In this document: positions 62,513-64,000 of the stretch, piece by piece | How the letters are laid out: the number at the start of each line of letters is the position of its first letter | Numbering within the stretch: position 1 is the stretch's first letter | From: Cetorhinus maximus | Taxonomy: Eukaryota | DNA length: 64,000 nucleotides | NCBI RefSeq assembly: GCF_964194155.1 | Contig: NC_135896.1 | Location: 8,184,001-8,248,000 of the forward strand | Direction of reading: 5' to 3' | Notes under the pieces: model-generated | The model's database searches: none | What the model was told of the DNA's origin: nothing | The model's input: only the letters and a program-made list of their open reading frames with translations | Position numbers and translations under genes: made by a program

Positions 62513-64000
62513 ACACTACAGTTTACACCACACCTTCCTTCATCTCCATTAATGTCAGTAAAACAGAAATTTGGTGGCCTACAAACGTACTTCATACTAA
62601 TAATGGAAACCAATTTCACCCTCTTGAGTATCAAGTTTAAAAGACACCCCACAGTCTCAACTTCATCCTTAGCTGTTTGTCCCCTTGACAAGCAGCGGGG
62701 GGAAATCACCAATGAACAAGTTTGAAAGACAGGCTAAAATGATAGGTTAAATTTTCCTGGTGCCACCCCAAGGTGATTTCACTGTCCCAGACCCTCTCCA
62801 GATAACGCTGTTCTCACATGACTGACCTTTGTCCGCTCTTTTCAGCTGACATCCGAGATGCTGCCTGCTGTCACTGACGGTCAGGAGTGGTTTTGAAAAG
62901 GGAAAGTCAATTTTAAACCCTGGGTAAGAAAATCTTTGTGCTCTGTCTCAATTTGACTGAGCCAGGGTGGAGTTTTAGGAAGGTTATTGTTGCCTGTACG
63001 AGTACTCGAGTGGGTTATCTTTAGATTAAATCAATGGATATGGTAGCGAGATGGTTACAAGACAGGACTAACTATCGAGAGGATCGAACTACAATCCAAA
63101 AAAAAAAACTGAGTTCATAACTCACCGTGACAATTCAAGAATTTGAACTCAGTTTAAAACAATTCTGGCTATAAAATGCTGGTATCAGAAAAAGTGGCTG
63201 TGGAGCTGCCCCCTTTCCTTAAAATGGTTCAGAACTGTCCTTGAGAGAAGGGAATGTGCCATGCTCACCGGGTCTGGTCTACATGGGACACTGGTACCGG
63301 TTTCACAGGTCACACTAGGCTTGACCTGCGCCCTGACGCCCGGTGAGTTTTAAGATGATGGCGGGAGTGTCGCGGAAAACGTTAAAGTGGTTTCTTTCTC
63401 AATGCTTTGCATGCCTGCCTGTAATTGATAGGGTTTTCAAATTCACCAAGGAAAGAAGAGGCTTTACTGGAACGTCATGGCCAAAGGAAAACTGGGATAT
63501 TCATAAGCACCAGGAGCAGCTGGAACACATGCAAGGTTACTTTAGGAAATTAGTCTAGAGATAGGGGAATGTGTGGCCGAGTATTTTTCACACATCATTA
63601 ACTAGTGAAAGTACCACAAAATTGAAAAATAGCTAACCTTCCAATTTTTCAAGGACATACAATCCTGGGAACTGTCGACCCATTCGGACTGACATTCAGC
63701 AGGAGAAAAATATTGGCCGATTTAAAAAAAAGCCCCAACTCATGCCCGGTAGAGGCGCGTCCTATCCATAACCTTAAAAACACAAACTGTAACTGGTTTG
63801 GAATTTTCTGGAACTTTTTAGAGGAACGGACACTGAGAGGATGTTAAGATGGCTGCCGAGGGTCACCTGACTTGATTCATGGATTTAAAGTACCACACTG
63901 ACTTGGAAAGACAATGGGACCCATTTCAGAGGAAGAAGTGTCAACACCCATATCCCGAGACCATCCAGAACTATAATCCTGACTTGAATGGGTCTTATCA

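Overview
Vertebrate genomic DNA. The repeat complement (CR1/L2 LINEs, Deu-type tRNA SINEs, Penelope-like ends, Harbinger MITEs) points to a cartilaginous fish; this is inferred, not proven. One host gene is present: GTF2A1 (TFIIA alpha/beta precursor) on the + strand. It has 9 coding exons from 7644 to the stop at 34010, all GT-AG and in phase. The first coding exon is not in the window, and a repeat-free 3'UTR follows the stop. Most of the rest is decayed mobile DNA. Notable items: a ~5.9 kb array of a 32-bp self-complementary unit with two alternative states and block duplications (55689-61564); a 156-bp near-perfect inverted repeat in the last intron; a minimal hammerhead-ribozyme motif downstream of CCAAT/TATA boxes (26289-26324); three ~200-bp palindromic Penelope-derived insertions with 13-17 bp target-site duplications; an apparent extra GTF2A1 intron; a triple nested LTR/LTR/LINE insertion; and two template-switch scars inside LINEs. 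Exon, TSD and inverted-repeat coordinates were read base by base; decayed-repeat boundaries are approximate.
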